Source: Phoronis australis
Taxonomy: Eukaryota > Animalia > Phoronida
Assembly (NCBI GenBank): GCA_002633005.1
Contig: NMRA01000699.1
Coordinates: forward strand, 37,649-89,286
Direction: 5' to 3'
DNA length: 51,638 bases
Shown here: positions 23,821 to 37,633 of the stretch, piece after piece
Layout of the letters: every line of letters begins with the position of its first letter
Position numbering within the stretch: the stretch's first letter is position 1
The notes under the pieces: model-generated
Told to the model about the DNA's origin: nothing
What the model saw: only the letters and a program-made list of their open reading frames with translations
The model's database searches: none
Position numbers and translations under genes: made by a program

Positions 23821-25399
23821 CACTTTGGCAGGGGTCAGTAAGCTGAATGGCATCAAGAGGCCCGTACCCAGCATTGCGCGGGGGTGGTTCGAATTGCTAG
23901 ATCGGCGGACCTTTGCAAACGTCGACTCTATAGAGTTTTCGGTAAGGCCCTTGACGCAGCGTATTTAGGGGGAAGGGAAATTTGTACACACCACGATGAC
24001 TCTCAGCGCTATGCTCCTGAGATGACATGGAATCCGTAGTATCAGAATGCCGTGATTAAATGAGTGATTACACCTCATTTCATACTGGGACTCAAATGTG
24101 GCTTGAATTTTTTATGGTTGGATTTTGCGTGTCTCTTAAATTGCTTACAAGCGGTAATGGGAACAGGTCACTTTACCGAATATTCACTACTCTCAAGGTT
24201 CATTACACTGAAAATATCTAAAAATTTCGGGTCATTTGTACTTTTTATAATTTTACACGCAAAAATAAAGGATATTTTGGTTAGTAAATTCACTGAGTGG
24301 TGTCCCTGTACCCATTCATGCGCGTGTGAAATTGCCCGCATGCCTTACGAATACAGAACATGAGGACGGATTTGCATTTTTAAAAGAATATGAAGTAGGA
24401 ATATTGATGAATTATAAACCAAGATACATGCATCAAATCCATGCCAAGATGGCATCATTTCACATTCTAGGCCTATGCTCCTCACCCTCACCCACAGGAA
24501 TCAAGCACACAGCATGGTCGAAACTAAATGTAGTAATGAACTGCGGGAGTTCTGGTTTGTGGACATTCTGTAGTGAACTTTCGAAGGCACCGAACCCTCA
24601 GAATAGTGAAACTTCGGAGTAGTGACATGTACGTGTAACCTTGGAAATCTTCGTTTCCATCAAGTTTGTTGCTCGTTTGAAATATGCGTGGCTGTGCAGC
24701 ACGGCCCTGATTGACAAGAGAAGACTTTATCCATCGGTCAAAATTTTATTAGGTGTAAACCTACTTTTCTTTTATAGTACGAACATGCTCCTCGGGGTTT
24801 TTTAATGCAAGAAAAAACAGAAGTTTAATAGTCTGGATTTTGAGCACCGATGTAGCACTGCCTATAGTGAACTTAGCGTCGGCGTGCACTGAATTTAACA
24901 GAATGAAAACGCACACGCTTGTACACGCAAGCATCATCCAACATCCACTTTCAAATTGGACACTGGATGAACAACATATTTGACGATCACTTTCAATTCC
25001 AAATTTGAAAATGCCTGCACTATATCGTACTAAGCCAGCAAGTATAAAGTATAGCAAAATAGCAGACAGACAAGCTGCTTTCTGCTGTTTTGTTTGTTGG
25101 TCGATTTTAAAGCATTCTCACCGCACTACTTTTGGGACCTCCCTCGCCGCTATGTAGCCTAGCTACAGTAGGTATAGGCATTTACACCGTAGTTCTAGTC
25201 TCCCTTGTTACACTATGTTGTATCCATCACGCGTGTTCAGCGCCGATGAATATCATAAAACCTCCTCTCTTCGTCAGCGCGATCCTATCATCTACTCAAA
25301 CATCATTCGGGCGAAGTTGGAAGGGTACGACCTGTTGATTCCTTGAAACGCTTTGAATCGAATTAAAGAAAATTCAAAATTATTACTTAATTATCATTA

Positions 25400-25544
25400 C
25401 ATGGGCGGCGCAGCACTGACAAAAGAGGGGGCTAAAGCCCCCCCCCCAGACCCCTGTGGTGCACCGCCTATAGACCATGTGCGGCGTAGCACTGAAAAAA
25501 GTGGAAGGCTATAGCTCCCAGCCCCCTATGGTGCGTCGCACATG
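25400..25544. mobile_element. Tandem dimer of the ~70-bp mini-MITE with 5-bp TSD
   Basis: Units 25400-25472 and 25476-25544; CATTA flanks both outer ends. Confidence 0.75.
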
Positions 25545-25869
25545 CATTATATAGTTAGTAGTATCAGTAGTAATTGGAACAATGTTGTCCATCTGTATCC
25601 TTATCTTTAACGGATAGGCTGGGACTGGACCTTTCCTGCGGGGGTTCGATGGAACACCCCGAACAACCCTTGGCCGTGTACGTGATGAAAGCTACATGTA
25701 ACATTTACACGAACTTGGAAGACATTGCCCAACCAAAAATTTACATGTTGAGAGGTGTTCCATATTTTTTTTCAAATCCAAGATTGAGACTGGGTTGCAA
25801 CAGTTGCAAGAGGACGATATTATAAGCCAGATGCTCCGCAGCATCTGGGCTTCTCTCAGCACTTAAGAA

Positions 25870-27480
25870 ATCTGTAGAAGTACGCATATACGGTTATAAC
25901 AAAGTTTCCACAAAACCCGTGATGCAAGTCGATTGCTACCCACTACCCAAGGCTGAAGCCATCTTTGCATTCTAGGAAATTTTCTGAGATTGGCCTCATC
26001 AGTGCTTATAATGAAGATGGAAGACAGTTCCAAGGATTTATAACAGTTAACTCTCACAAATGGGTCATTTCGTTATATCGTTATGCCTTTTGGCGTTGCC
26101 TCAGCACCAGATTTTCAATGTCGTAAAGAACGATGAACCAAGTGCTTTAGAATGTGCCATTTATTTCATGTATTCTGAATGACATGAATATCAACGGGCG
26201 GACTGTTTACTGTTTGGATCGTCTGAAAAGCTACAGTCTGAAAGATCAGTTTACTGTGAACACGTTACAACGACACAAGGTCTGCACAAGGTGTCAGATC
26301 AGGTGAGTGCAATCCCCAATGCCCCGAAACCCGAGAACCAACAAAGCGTCGTTCCTGTCTGGAACTAGTCAACATTTACCACCGCTTCATTCTACATTTG
26401 ACTACGCCCGACGGCCCCATTCGCGAATTTCTACTACTCGAAAAACCTTGTTGCTGGACCACAAGTCTCTAAAGTCATTCCAAGAAGTGAAGAAGTTGAT
26501 GACATCAGACCAAGTCATCACGACCCCAATCTACCTGTGAGATTGGCGTGTGATGCTTCGCCTTACGGACTTCAATATGCGTGATCCAATGAACTTATCG
26601 CTTTCGCATCTTGCTAACTTAAAAAGTCTGAGAAAGGGTATGACGAGATAAAAAAGACGCGTTGGCAACCAGAAGTTCCTCACAAATGTGTTCGGGCGTC
26701 ACTTTAGATTAGTGACGGATCATAAAACGTTGCTGAGTATTTTGCATCCGTATTGTGATATTGGATATTTTTACAAATCTTACATTGGATGCCAGAGAAT
26801 TTAAAAGTTGCCTTCTGCAGTCCCCGTCCAGTGGAAGTGGTCATCGACTCCATGCAATCGCCATGTTGATTACAGTGGTCCTTTAGTCAACCCAATAGGC
26901 GGAAATGGTGGCGATGAAATCGAGAAGCTAAGTACCGTACACAGTGCTAGGTACAGTATAGGCATTTCACTCGAGTCTAACTACCCGAGGTAGTTGTTTC
27001 TAACAATGCACCTCAATTCTTATGCAATGAATTCACTTTGTTGTAAAGTCAAATGTATACGTCACGTTACGTCTGTTCCATGTCAAATCCGGCATCAAAT
27101 TACGGTCTGGCTGACAAGTTGGTGCAATCCTTCAAGCTGGTCATGAAGCAGAACAGAGATGGCAAGCACTCTGTGCACCATAAGCCAAGTACTTACATCA
27201 GTTTAAGCTTCGCATAACACCTAATGCCTTCACAAATTCAACTCCTGCTAAGCTGATATTTGGTAGGAACCTCAGAAGACGTCGCAAATGCTTAAAACCA
27301 GAGAACGACAGGACGACACTCTCTTTACATTATGGGTCTGAATTGGGCCATCCCTTGCCCGGTCATCCATTTAGAATTAGATTTCTGGTCGTGTTGCTGT
27401 GAAAAATGCATGGACAACGAAAAAAAATGGACATAGAGGGTGGAATTACTTGGCGGCGCATGGTTGATCAAATGCAGGAT
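25870..27480 (+). mobile_element. Decayed Ty3/Gypsy LTR retrotransposon pol (RT - RNase H - integrase)
   Basis: Frameshifted motifs in Gypsy order: TVNSHK..PFGVASAP (RT); LACDASPYGL, IAFAS, FGRHFRLVTDHK (RNase H); HVDYSGP, NNAPQF, LVQSFK, TPAKLIFGRNLR, WRRMVDQM (integrase). Confidence 0.85.
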
Positions 27481-30400
27481 TCACCGGCGGCTACTCCACC
27501 TTTCTTCGTCGATTGCGCAATTTCCTGACCAATACGACCACTTCAAACGAAACAAACACCAGAGCTTCGGTCTTGACTGACTGCGCTACTGCACAACTTG
27601 GCCAAGGTCCGCGATAAAAAGAAGTTGCTAGAGACACCGCCAAAATTAAGTGAATGCCTGATCGATTTAAAAACACTTTAGCTGAGTTTTGTTTTCGAAA
27701 ACTGATTCTTAATCGTTTGGTAGACTTGTTGTCAAATGCAAGAGTGTTGTGTTTGGCGTAGTGATATCTTAAGAAAACAAATAGCTCCCATAATGACTGT
27801 CCCATTATTAAAAACAAGTTATAGCTAAATACAGCCGTAATACGTTGGGTAAACGTTTGACGAAGTCCCCTTCCCCTACCTTCGTACGGGACTTCATGCA
27901 TACGCGCACATCAGTCACAGACCATCACTACATACTTGTGTTGGCCCATTCTGCAGTTTTTGCAAACGGCGAGTTTCAAAGAAATTTGGATTGTGCTACT
28001 TCACAGTTGTTTCAAAACGTACCTCACAGATAATATCGTTATATTCTGTTCAGTTCACATTTTCTAAACAAGAATTTGCAATCCCAAACGAATGAAATCT
28101 ATAATTAAAAAGGCCACTTGCAAAAACGCGACTCTTTTGTCTGTTTCTGTTTTCGCCAGAATAAGATAAGTGTTGCTTTCGTCTCTAAATGGCATTCAAT
28201 TAAAAGCTAGGAAAGTAGGTAACTTTTGAAAATTTTTCACAAGTCACGATATCAACTTACAACAGAATTACTCAGCGATAAAAAGGCGACGAGAGTAATA
28301 CATTTGTGTTGAAAATGTTGAGACATGTGCATATAATCCCGACTTCTTCCATTAAATGCATGTTTTTGTTTTGGTTAGGAACTGGTACTGCATTTTGCTT
28401 CACTTGGGCCTTGCAATTTGCAGATACAACAGGCACATTTTAATTAGCAAAACGTGGGCAAAATTGTGTTCCAAGGGTTAACTACCTTCTGCAGCGTGTC
28501 TGTAAGTACTGATTTACGCACAGGTTATGTGCCTAATACATGTGCGTGTAAGGGAGATAACTCAAAAGACGACGGATAGATCGGAGTTTAATAATGCAAG
28601 CAATGACTTCTCGGGTGTTAGGAGCAGACTGACATCAATGTTTGTTAGATCTGTTCAATTTGTTTGAGCTACAAGCATACATTGAAAGATTAGCACTTTA
28701 TCGGCTTCCAAAAGTGAGATCAGGGTGGAGTTCAGTAGCTGTCTCGCAACCAGAAATATCCGGCCCAAATCAGCTTTTCTCATTTAAAATAACTAACATA
28801 ATATCTCTGAGCCTTGCATTTTAGTACGGTTCTCGCGTGGACCCTAGCGTTACTGAACTTTACCCAGGCCAGTGATTATGTCATAGCTATTTAAAAAATG
28901 ACCTGTGAGAATATTTTGTAGAGTAAGATTCAACGTACATCAGCGATTGGTATAAAACCATGGTTTGGAACATTCTATAGCCTCGAATAAATGTTTGTAT
29001 TTGTAGAAGGATTTGGTAGATGACAGAACGTCGTAAAATGTGACTGAATTGCTGAACATTACCAGAAACTTAACAAAGATTGTCACACGCAGGCACGAGT
29101 TAAGGAGAGTGGCCAGTTACCTAGTCAATAGGGATCCAGTTTAAGAGACAACAAGTCCCTGCATTAGTTATTAAACAGTCAAAGTGCAGGAGAAAGTGAC
29201 ACAACAGTTCTTCAAAACCTCGCAGCACTGGCTGGAGAGTTAGAACAAAAATCACAAAGGACATCATGCTTGAAAGGGTTTTGTACGTAGAGAAAAGTGA
29301 TTGCCGCGAACCAGGATTTAGTATACAATGGCACTGAAAGCCATTACCACCTGACTGTGAGGTCATGCGCCCACCCACCATAGGAAAAACGTGACATTTG
29401 AGTGGCGGCAACTTCCATGTATTAAACAAAAATAGAACTGATAGACCGGGATCCCAGAGCTTTTTTGGCCATGAAAAGGTAACCAATATTCTTTGGTGCC
29501 ACAGTGCTGCATGTACATGTGTATATGGGTATCCTCATGCTTGAAATTGGCATTCTGTCAGGTTCACTCTGGTGGGTGTGGTCAGGGAAGCCAAGAGAAT
29601 GACACTCAAAAATTGAGCTCAATCAAGTTTTCTGGTGACCACTTAAAACTGCCTTCGATACCTACTACGTAATCCACTGTATCAAAATTGGTCACTACCA
29701 GACAATTTCACAGTGCTGAAGTGGTAAAATTAGAGGTAAGTAGGCGCCCAATGGCCGCCGTATCACCTTGAGCACTGGACGTAACTTACGTTGCGTAGGC
29801 GCTACGTTCAAATGCTAAAAGGTGGATGGCTGCGCCTACGTGCCCCTGCGCCCCACTACAGCACTACAATTTCATTTGTGGGAGAATCAACCAGACGGTT
29901 ATAAACAGGGTAAAAATTGAGACAGGTCAATCCATGAGGTAACCGCATGAAACCCGTTGCAAAATGTTCACCGTGAGCCCAGGTATCAACAATAAACGCT
30001 GGCAGACAAATCTAGTGGTGTGTTAGTCCCGCCAGACACGCCCAAATACCCGAGTTGAGCTAGATCAACTCACTAGGTAACCNAAGTAGGCGCCCAATGG
30101 CCACCGTATCACCTTGAGCACTGGACGTAACTTACGTTGCGTAGGCGCTACGTTCAAATGCCAAAAGGTGGATGGCTGCGCCTACGTGCCCCTGCGCCCC
30201 ACTACAGCACTACAATTTCATTTGTGGGAGAATCAACCAGACGGTTATAAACAGGGTAAAAATTGAGACAGGTCAATCCATGAGGTAACCGCATGAAACC
30301 CGTTGCAAAATGTTCACCGTGAGCCCAGGTATCAACAATAAACGCTGGCAGACAAATCTAGTGGTGTGTTAGTCCCGCCAGACACGCCCAAATACCCGAG

Positions 30401-30974
30401 TTGAGCTAGATCAACTCACTAGGTAACCGTTGGAAACAAATTGCCCGATGTTCAGCATCACTGCACATGGCACAACAGTTGGATGCCAGAAAATTTCAGT
30501 GGTGGGGTGCCCCTGTCAGACGATTATTCAAAAGGGTTAAAATTTGAGCTATATCAACCCAAGAGGTATACGCATAAAACCAGTTGCCAAAATATTCACC
30601 GTAAGCTCAGGTACGAATAAACACTGCCAGACCAATCTAGTGGTAATTTAGCCCCCCCCCCAGACACGCCCAAATATCTGAGTTGAGCTAGATAAACTCA
30701 CCAGGTAACCATTTGAAACCAACTGCACGATGTTCAGTTCACTATTAAGATGCCAGACAATTTCAGCGGTGGGGTGCCCCTGCCTGAAGATTATAAAAAG
30801 GGCTACAATTTGAGCTAAATCAACCCAAGAGGTAACCGCATGTACTCGTTTAAAACCATTTTCATAATGTCTAGCAGAATGCATGCAGCAAAAGGTACAT
30901 TACAGTTAATTTCAGAACGGACGACTCTTTATTGGACGCCCCCCTCTCTCTACTCAAATTCAAGTACCCTAGTA

Positions 30975-31430
30975 ATTTATTTATTTATTTATTTATTCAT
31001 TGTGATATTCAAAATGAGGTTGACCGCTTCAGTGATAGCACTGCTTTCCAAGAGGTCCCTCAACAACAAAAACAATAATGTAATACAATGAAGTAATAAA
31101 ACAACAATTAAATATACGTGAAATAGATACAATTAAAACCGGGTGAGAATTAAGACAATAAATACATGTAAATGACAAACAATGGTGAAAATTTAACTAA
31201 GAGAGATGAAATGACTCTTAACAGTGAGAGTATTTATGACAATTAGGAAAAAATGACATGATTGAGGCAGGTAGCGTATAAAAAGGTTAGGTAAATTACA
31301 ACCACTTTTCAATATTGTTTAAATTAATTAAAAGTATTTATTGAATTGGACCGTTTAATTTCTGGGCTAACAGATTTCTATACATTGTATTGTAGCAGCT
31401 GCATAGATAAAAGATCTCTTGCCGGTGTTG
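30975..31430 (-). mobile_element. LINE (L2/CR1-group) 3' tail nested in Academ
   Basis: Minus strand GKRSFIYAA (RT C-terminal motif), then an AT-rich UTR, GAGGGACCTCTTGGAAAGCAG...CAACCTC and a (TAAA)n tail. Confidence 0.55.
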
Positions 31431-32149
31431 TTTTTAATTTTTTTTAAGAGAAACTATTCCAGCGACAGAAGAACGTGTAGAATACACAGCTTGACTGCTA
31501 TTGAATTGTCGTCTGGGAGATGCTGGAGCCAAGCCATTCATACATCTGTACATACATGTACAACAGGCAGAGGGATCTTTATTTCTTTGTTTTACTTTCA
31601 TAAATCCCAGCTTGGAATACAAGTCATCGACGTTGGTGTCCCTAATGCTAGTACCCAGGATAGCCCTGGCAGCTCTATTTTAGATTACTTGTACTTTTCT
31701 GACAAGTGTGTCACTAGTATGCCCCCAAACCGGTAAACAATAATCAACATGAGGCTGAATAATAGATAAGAGTATTGACGAACCGGGCCTCGCTAACATC
31801 TTTGAGCNAAGCCATTCATACATCTGTACATACATGTACAACAGGCAGAGGGATCTTTATTTCTTTGTTTTACTTTCATAAATCCCAGCTTGGAATACAA
31901 GTCATCGACGCTGGTGTCCCTAATGCTAGTACCCAGGATAGCCCTGGCAGCTCTATTTTAGATTACTTGTACTTTTCTGACAAGTGTGTCACTAGTATGC
32001 CCCCAAACCGGTAAACAATAATCAACATGAGGCTGAATAATAGATAAGAGTATTGGCGAACCGGGCCTCGCTAACATCTTTGAGCTTGATTTTTGAATAC
32101 ATGTGGCACACAACTTCAGTGACTAAACCGTCAACGATGCTGCACATCT

Positions 32150-34120
32150 TCAAAAGTAGTGAACATATTGATGAACTTTTCATCACTTTCAGCATTGTCT
32201 AAGGGCTTGACTTTGCCTTTCCGGAAAATAATTAATAACTCATTAGACCAATTCAAAATAGAAACCTTTTTAAATTGAAGGAGGTAATCATAACACGTTT
32301 GTTAGACTTTATTCACATGGCAGACGTAATCACAGCTAATTGCTGAATGCATTCAATTCTGGCCAATACCGCAATTACCAAAATTTCGATAGCATACATG
32401 TACATGTACCTATAAAAGGCAGATGTGTAGTCACGTCCAGTTAAGGCATGGAATCCAGGCATTGATCTGGCAAGTTCGTATTTGCGCTCTTCAAAATCGT
32501 TTGCTATGTCGGAAATGTTGATAAATCTCCTGCTATTTCCTATCCCCCAGTCCATGACAACGTTGGTCATGGATCGTATTTCTCGCAGCTGTTGTCCAAG
32601 TGTACCAATCAAGATTTCTAAAACATCTGTATCTAAAACCTTCATTATCACATGGCGACGTGCAACGCATTCACCGTGTCCGCTTCCTCGTGGTCGCCTT
32701 TAAGATGGGCAGGTTTTTTAACCATGATGTGCTGGTTATCGTCGGGAAAAGAACTCGTAGCAGTAATCACCATGGGAAACAAAAAGGGTTTTCCCACCAA
32801 ACATATGCCAGTTCATTTTTGTACTCGGTGTTGCTAAGAAGTGTTTGTGAGCTCTGTCACATAGTTTTATTGGGTACTGTTAAGGCATAAGTGGAATTAA
32901 ATTCGCCGTGTTGTTTCCGTTTACTGTCCTTGATTGAGTTTTCAACATACTTATCCCCGAATAGATTACTGATAACATCGACCGTGCAACTGATTCGTTG
33001 CGCCTATTCTCGTTCGCTATCAAAAACCTTCACGTAGCCCAGTAGAAAGTCTGCATCAGTTATACGCTTTGTATGGAACACTTCAAGTTTTTCAACAAAG
33101 GGTACTTTTTCGGATTTGACGAGGGCTCCATCGCAGTGAGCAGGTGATAACGGAAAATGTGTGAATGGATGTGAGAGAAGTTTTCTGAGGTCGAAGACTT
33201 TCCTCTCTGCTGCAATTATGACTATGCGTATGAACAAATCTCCGAGGCTCTCTGCGGTTTTCATGCTTATCTGTGAGCCCGATGATGACTTTCTTCTTCA
33301 CGCTATCAGGAGCGAAATTTTGGACAGCTGTACATGTACCTTTCACTTGTAGCAGAAACCTATTGCTGTCGTTTCCTATTGGTGGTGGAGTTTTTACTCT
33401 CTCATCATGGCCTCGGATCAGTGCCTTAGTCTTCCGTTGCTTGGGATGCTGCTTGGCCAGTTGCGATATTATGAGCAGACGAAATAGAGCAACGGATTGC
33501 AGAAATTGTCGATTTTCAAACTGAGTGATGCCATTTGTACGTTTATTTTGATTCTTGAAGGACTGTACTGACTCTTTGCATTCTACCCCATTTCAAGTCT
33601 TGCAAAGGTTTTCAGTTCAGTTACAGCCATTGCCCTTTGTGTCACAGAGAGGGAACATCCACGGATTGCATTCTTGGAGAAGCGGAGAGCCCACTATCCC
33701 TTTCATGCTCGATGCTGCATCCGGGTTAACGGACTGTTCCAAAGAGAGGTCAGCAGGCGATCTACTGAAGTTCCTCCTCGTACGTCGCACTGAGTCCGAG
33801 CCGTTTTGCAGCACGTCACATAATATTGTAAATTTAAATTTTGGTAAAGCAGTGTTCCCCATCTGGAGTAGTTTCGGCGGTTTAGTGGATTGTCGCGAAA
33901 ATGTTGATATAGCCACTGACGTCATTGGTCTTGACGCATCTGGAGTTTTCTGTGGACGCGGTTTATTAGAAAGATGTAGATTACCCAAAACTGAGCAGTT
34001 ATGCCACATTTGCCATTGATCAGGGTGTGAAATGAAGGTAGCTGGCCCTCATACATAACGCAGACGAGATCAAAAGACACTATTTTAATTATTCCTCGAT
34101 GTAGCAGTTGCATCAAATGA
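32150..34120 (-). pseudogene. Academ transposase/XPG ORF relic
   Basis: Motifs in order: GITAQFWVIY, RRNYSRW, SVRRTRRNFSRSPADLSLEQSVNPDAAS, DLFIRIVIIAAERKVFDL..PLSPAHCDG, DKYVENSIKD, HEEADT, DTDV, GFHALTGRDYTSAFYR, then a likely intron before GKGKVKP. Many disruptions. Confidence 0.85.
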
Positions 34121-37003
34121 CGAAGTGGATTTGGCTAACATTCGCCTGAAAACAGAGGGACAAAGTTTAGCCTACGAAAAATCGATTTTCGTGCAAACAC
34201 AATGTGCCAAATCCGTCACCATCGAGTTTTTAGGTTTTGCTTTTGGTGGTGGAGTATTCAGCTGTTGTTGCGTAGAGTTGTATAGTCGCTCCAACCTCAG
34301 GCGCGAAGTTTCTGGTTTTCATGCCCTGACGTAAACGTGCGGAAAAAATCTCTCACCTTGTTTACTGATCTGTGTCGTACGGACTCACTGGCTTTATGGA
34401 AATTCGAAGTGCCTGGTTCCTCATTGCGGTGCTTATTCAGTGTGAATGGGCCTATATCGAATTTTCTTTCGACTCTTAAAATTTGTCTGACGGGGCTACT
34501 CTACCGCTGAAATTGTCTGCCATCTTACTTTTTATGCCATGTGCAGTGATGGTGAATATCGCGCAACTGGTTTTGAACGGTTACCTGGTGGATTAATCTA
34601 GCCCAACTCAGGTATTTGGGCGTACCTGGCGGGGTTAACCCACCACTAGATTTGCTGGCAGTGTTTATTCATGTTACTTGGGCTTACGGTGAATATTTTG
34701 CAACTGGTTTCACGTGGTTAACTTTTGGGTTGATCTAGTTACCTCAACTCAGGTGTTTGGGCATGTCTGGCGGGCCTAACCCGCCACTAGATTTGTCTGG
34801 CACTGTTCATTCGTGATATCAGAAATTACGGTGATTATTTTACAACTGGTTTGATGCGGTAACCTCTTGGGTTAATGTAGCTCAATTTATAACCCTTTTT
34901 GATAATGGTCTGGCAGGGGCTCCCCACAACTGAAATTGTTCGGCATCTAATTTTTGTTCCAATCACACAGTGATGCTGAACATCCTGCAATTGGTTTCAA
35001 ACGGTTCCCTGGTGGGTTGATCTAGCTCAACTCTGGTTTTTGGGCGTGTGTGGCTGGGCTTTCTTACCACTAGATTTGTCTGGCGATGTTTATTCGTGAT
35101 ACCTGCGATGACGGTGAATATTTTGCAACTGGTTTTATGCGGTTACCTCTTGGATTGATCTAGCTCAAACTTTTACCCTGTTTATAACCGTCTGGATGGT
35201 ACTCCCCACCACTGAAATTGTCTTGCAGTGACCTATTTTGATACAGCGTAATATGTAGAAGGTATCCAAAGCAGTTTTAAGTGGTTACCAGAAAAGTTCA
35301 TGTACATGTAGCTCAACTTTTAGCGTCATTCGCTTGGCTCCCCTGACAACATCCATCAGAGCGAACATGCCAGACGGCCATTTCCATGCATGAGGATAGC
35401 CATAGAGCACTGTAGGTCCAAAGAAAATTGGTTACTTTTTCATGCCCAAAAAGCTCTGGGATCACTGTCTATGAAGGTTTGAAGAATTTTCTGACAGTTT
35501 TTTTTTTTTGGCCAATCCCTAAAAAGCTTTCCTGGTTTAATTTGATTAAAAATATTTTGTGCGCATGTAGGATAAGTGTGATTGTGTTTAGCAACAGGTT
35601 CTCAAATATCGGGTCCTAATAACGCTGTTTGCCGGTCCCTGTATCCCTTAACGCCTATGTTCTTCAAACCCTATATTTCTTTGTCCTGATGTTCCTCCGT
35701 CCAAACCCATATTTTCTCTACATTGAGAGTCAATATCTTTGCATTAAGTATCAGTCCACGGATCCACCGACCACTGTACAGCCAACAAACGGCAAGGTTG
35801 GGGGTCAGCCATTCAGATCCATGTTTAGTCTGATAAATCACATTAGGGATGAGAGAAAATGGGTGAAGTATGACACCACAAAGTTTGGTGGTTTAGGAGA
35901 TACAAGGGAAGTGTTCTGGGGGGCAAAATGAGGCAATTTCTTGGTGTGGAATGAGTCATTTTTGACCAAATTTTCTACTCCAGTTTCTGCTTCAAACAGA
36001 ATCGTTTCTGAACAATTTTGATATCACATGATAGGTTCATGATCAATGTCAGTAAAAACGGCACCGACACTGCAATATCGGTTACCATGGTAACACTGGA
36101 ACTGTTTCCGTGGAGGTACGTTTCCGTCTTGTGAAAAACCAGCAGTAAGCTGTACCCTTATAGCGAAGCTGCCCCCACGAGAAAACCAAAAATAATAACA
36201 TGGACATGTAGAAGACTCCATGCCCTTGAAATTAATACAATAAAAACTTTGTCAGCCCTTCAGGCAGGCTTGGTAATAGGTGTCTGAATTTCACTATTTT
36301 CAGACCGCGTATGTGTATTTGTCATGTTAAACCAGTCACTAGTTGTGCGCCGTTTCTACGCATTAATATGCCGTGGTATAATACAACAATTAAAACAATC
36401 GGTTCACTTAAATGTTTTCAATTAATTTTAAGGACACTAGCATTTCCAAATAAAATATGAAATTATACTAAATTTGTTCATCTAACTCGTCTGAATATCA
36501 AAATAAAGCTTAAAATGCGTTAGTTGAATGATGGCTGACCTAAAGTGCGGGTTTGCGAATTTATCTATTTATCTGGCACTGCCAGTCGCATCGAATGTGG
36601 TATTTCCACAAATTGCTGAGAGAAAGAACTTTGGAAACTCTTGGGGAAATGCACAAGGTACATTTCTGTATAGAGCGAGACATTTTAGCACCTTACAAGA
36701 TTACGTGGAGCTGACGTGGAGGTGGAACGTATCCTGAGAAGTAGTCTGTCTCAGTGTCTGCGTCGGGGGCAGGTGTGCAGCAAGAGCTACATAATCTGCC
36801 GTATTAGATTCACTTGCCCGAATCATCGTTACAACACTAGAGGAGAAATCTGATAGAGCCTGATAGAGGTCTGAAAAATGACCAAAGACGTTAAGTCAAG
36901 GTTCAACCGCCCTGCTTCGTGTGAGCTCAGGTACGAATCACGAAACTCCAGGGTCTGACCCTGAGGAATATTTTTAGAAGCATGTCATTCATGCAAAAAT
37001 ACT

Positions 37004-37009
37004 TTTATT
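37004..37009 (-). other. Candidate polyadenylation signal of the pathogen-related-like gene
   Basis: AATAAA on the minus strand ~380 nt after the stop codon. Confidence 0.4.
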
Positions 37010-37385
37010 GACACACCGTGATTGCTTATAACTTGGGCCTTATTGCTTAACCATATCTTATTCAAATGTGTTGATGTTTATGCAACTACATGTATACATT
37101 GGCATAGAAAATAGGTAGTCATCATAACTTTCATAACAACCACCAAATGTGTAACATGACTTCTGCCCATGAACTACTTTTAGAGACTGGGGAGTATGTT
37201 ATGTCTGCCAATGAATTTCTGCAATTGAAGTTAATTAAACATGCTAGTTGAGAAAATCAAAGTTTCGGCACGTGGTGATTCCAACCTATGTCATTGGTAA
37301 ACGTTCTAGTTTGATTAGCGCATTTATAATAGTACATATAGTACATAGTATAATAGTGTATATTTGGGAAGTCTAACAATAATTA

Positions 37386-37633
37386 TTATTCTTTAATACC
37401 GACGTTTCGGCACACTGGGCACTGGGCCCCAGAACTCTCGCCCAGACGTAACAACTTCGCCATCATCGGATTAGGATCATAGAAAACATTAATTTCCTGT
37501 ATTTTGAGGTCATCGTTTACAAGAACAACGCAGGATCCTTTCAGTTCTATGTCTTCTCCGGTCGGCTCAATTCCCTTATATGGTCCTGTCCATTTCGCCC
37601 AATGTCTCCACGTGAAAGTTACCTTAGGGGGGC
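37386..37633 (-). CDS. Pathogen-related protein homologue (SnoaL/NTF2-like), coding exon 4
   Basis: Acceptor tttacag, phase 1. Encodes GPPKVTFTWRHWAKWTGPYKGIEPTGEDIELKGSCVVLVNDDLKIQEINVFYDPNPMMAKLLRLGESSGAQCPVCRNVGIKE*. Confidence 0.92.

Larger units (their letters stand above)
29442..35471 (-). mobile_element. Full-span decayed Academ (XPG-type) DNA transposon
   Basis: Termini TAGACCGGGATCCCAGAGC and GCTCTGGGATCACTGTCTA, with TGA on both flanks. TIRs of ~1 kb or more (29442-~30840, ~34490-35471) contain internal repeats. Transposase relic lies inside. Confidence 0.88.

Noticed and set aside
24761-25057. Signal-peptide-like MMLACTSVCVFILLNSVHA
   Set aside because: Ends at a stop with no convincing downstream exon or domain.
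28480-29400. Coding-like fragments (NVTELLNITRNLTKIV) next to the Academ insertion
   Set aside because: Multiple stops, no consistent splice model and no assignable family.
29738-30428. Near-perfect 345-bp tandem duplication
   Set aside because: The copies meet at a single N (30083) and differ by about 2 substitutions, typical of an unmerged contig or haplotype overlap.
31531-32085. Near-perfect 277-bp tandem duplication giving twin ORFs
   Set aside because: The copies meet at a single N (31808); most likely an assembly artefact.
33555-34019. 154-aa plus-strand ORF
   Set aside because: Antisense shadow of the Academ relic with no recognisable motifs.
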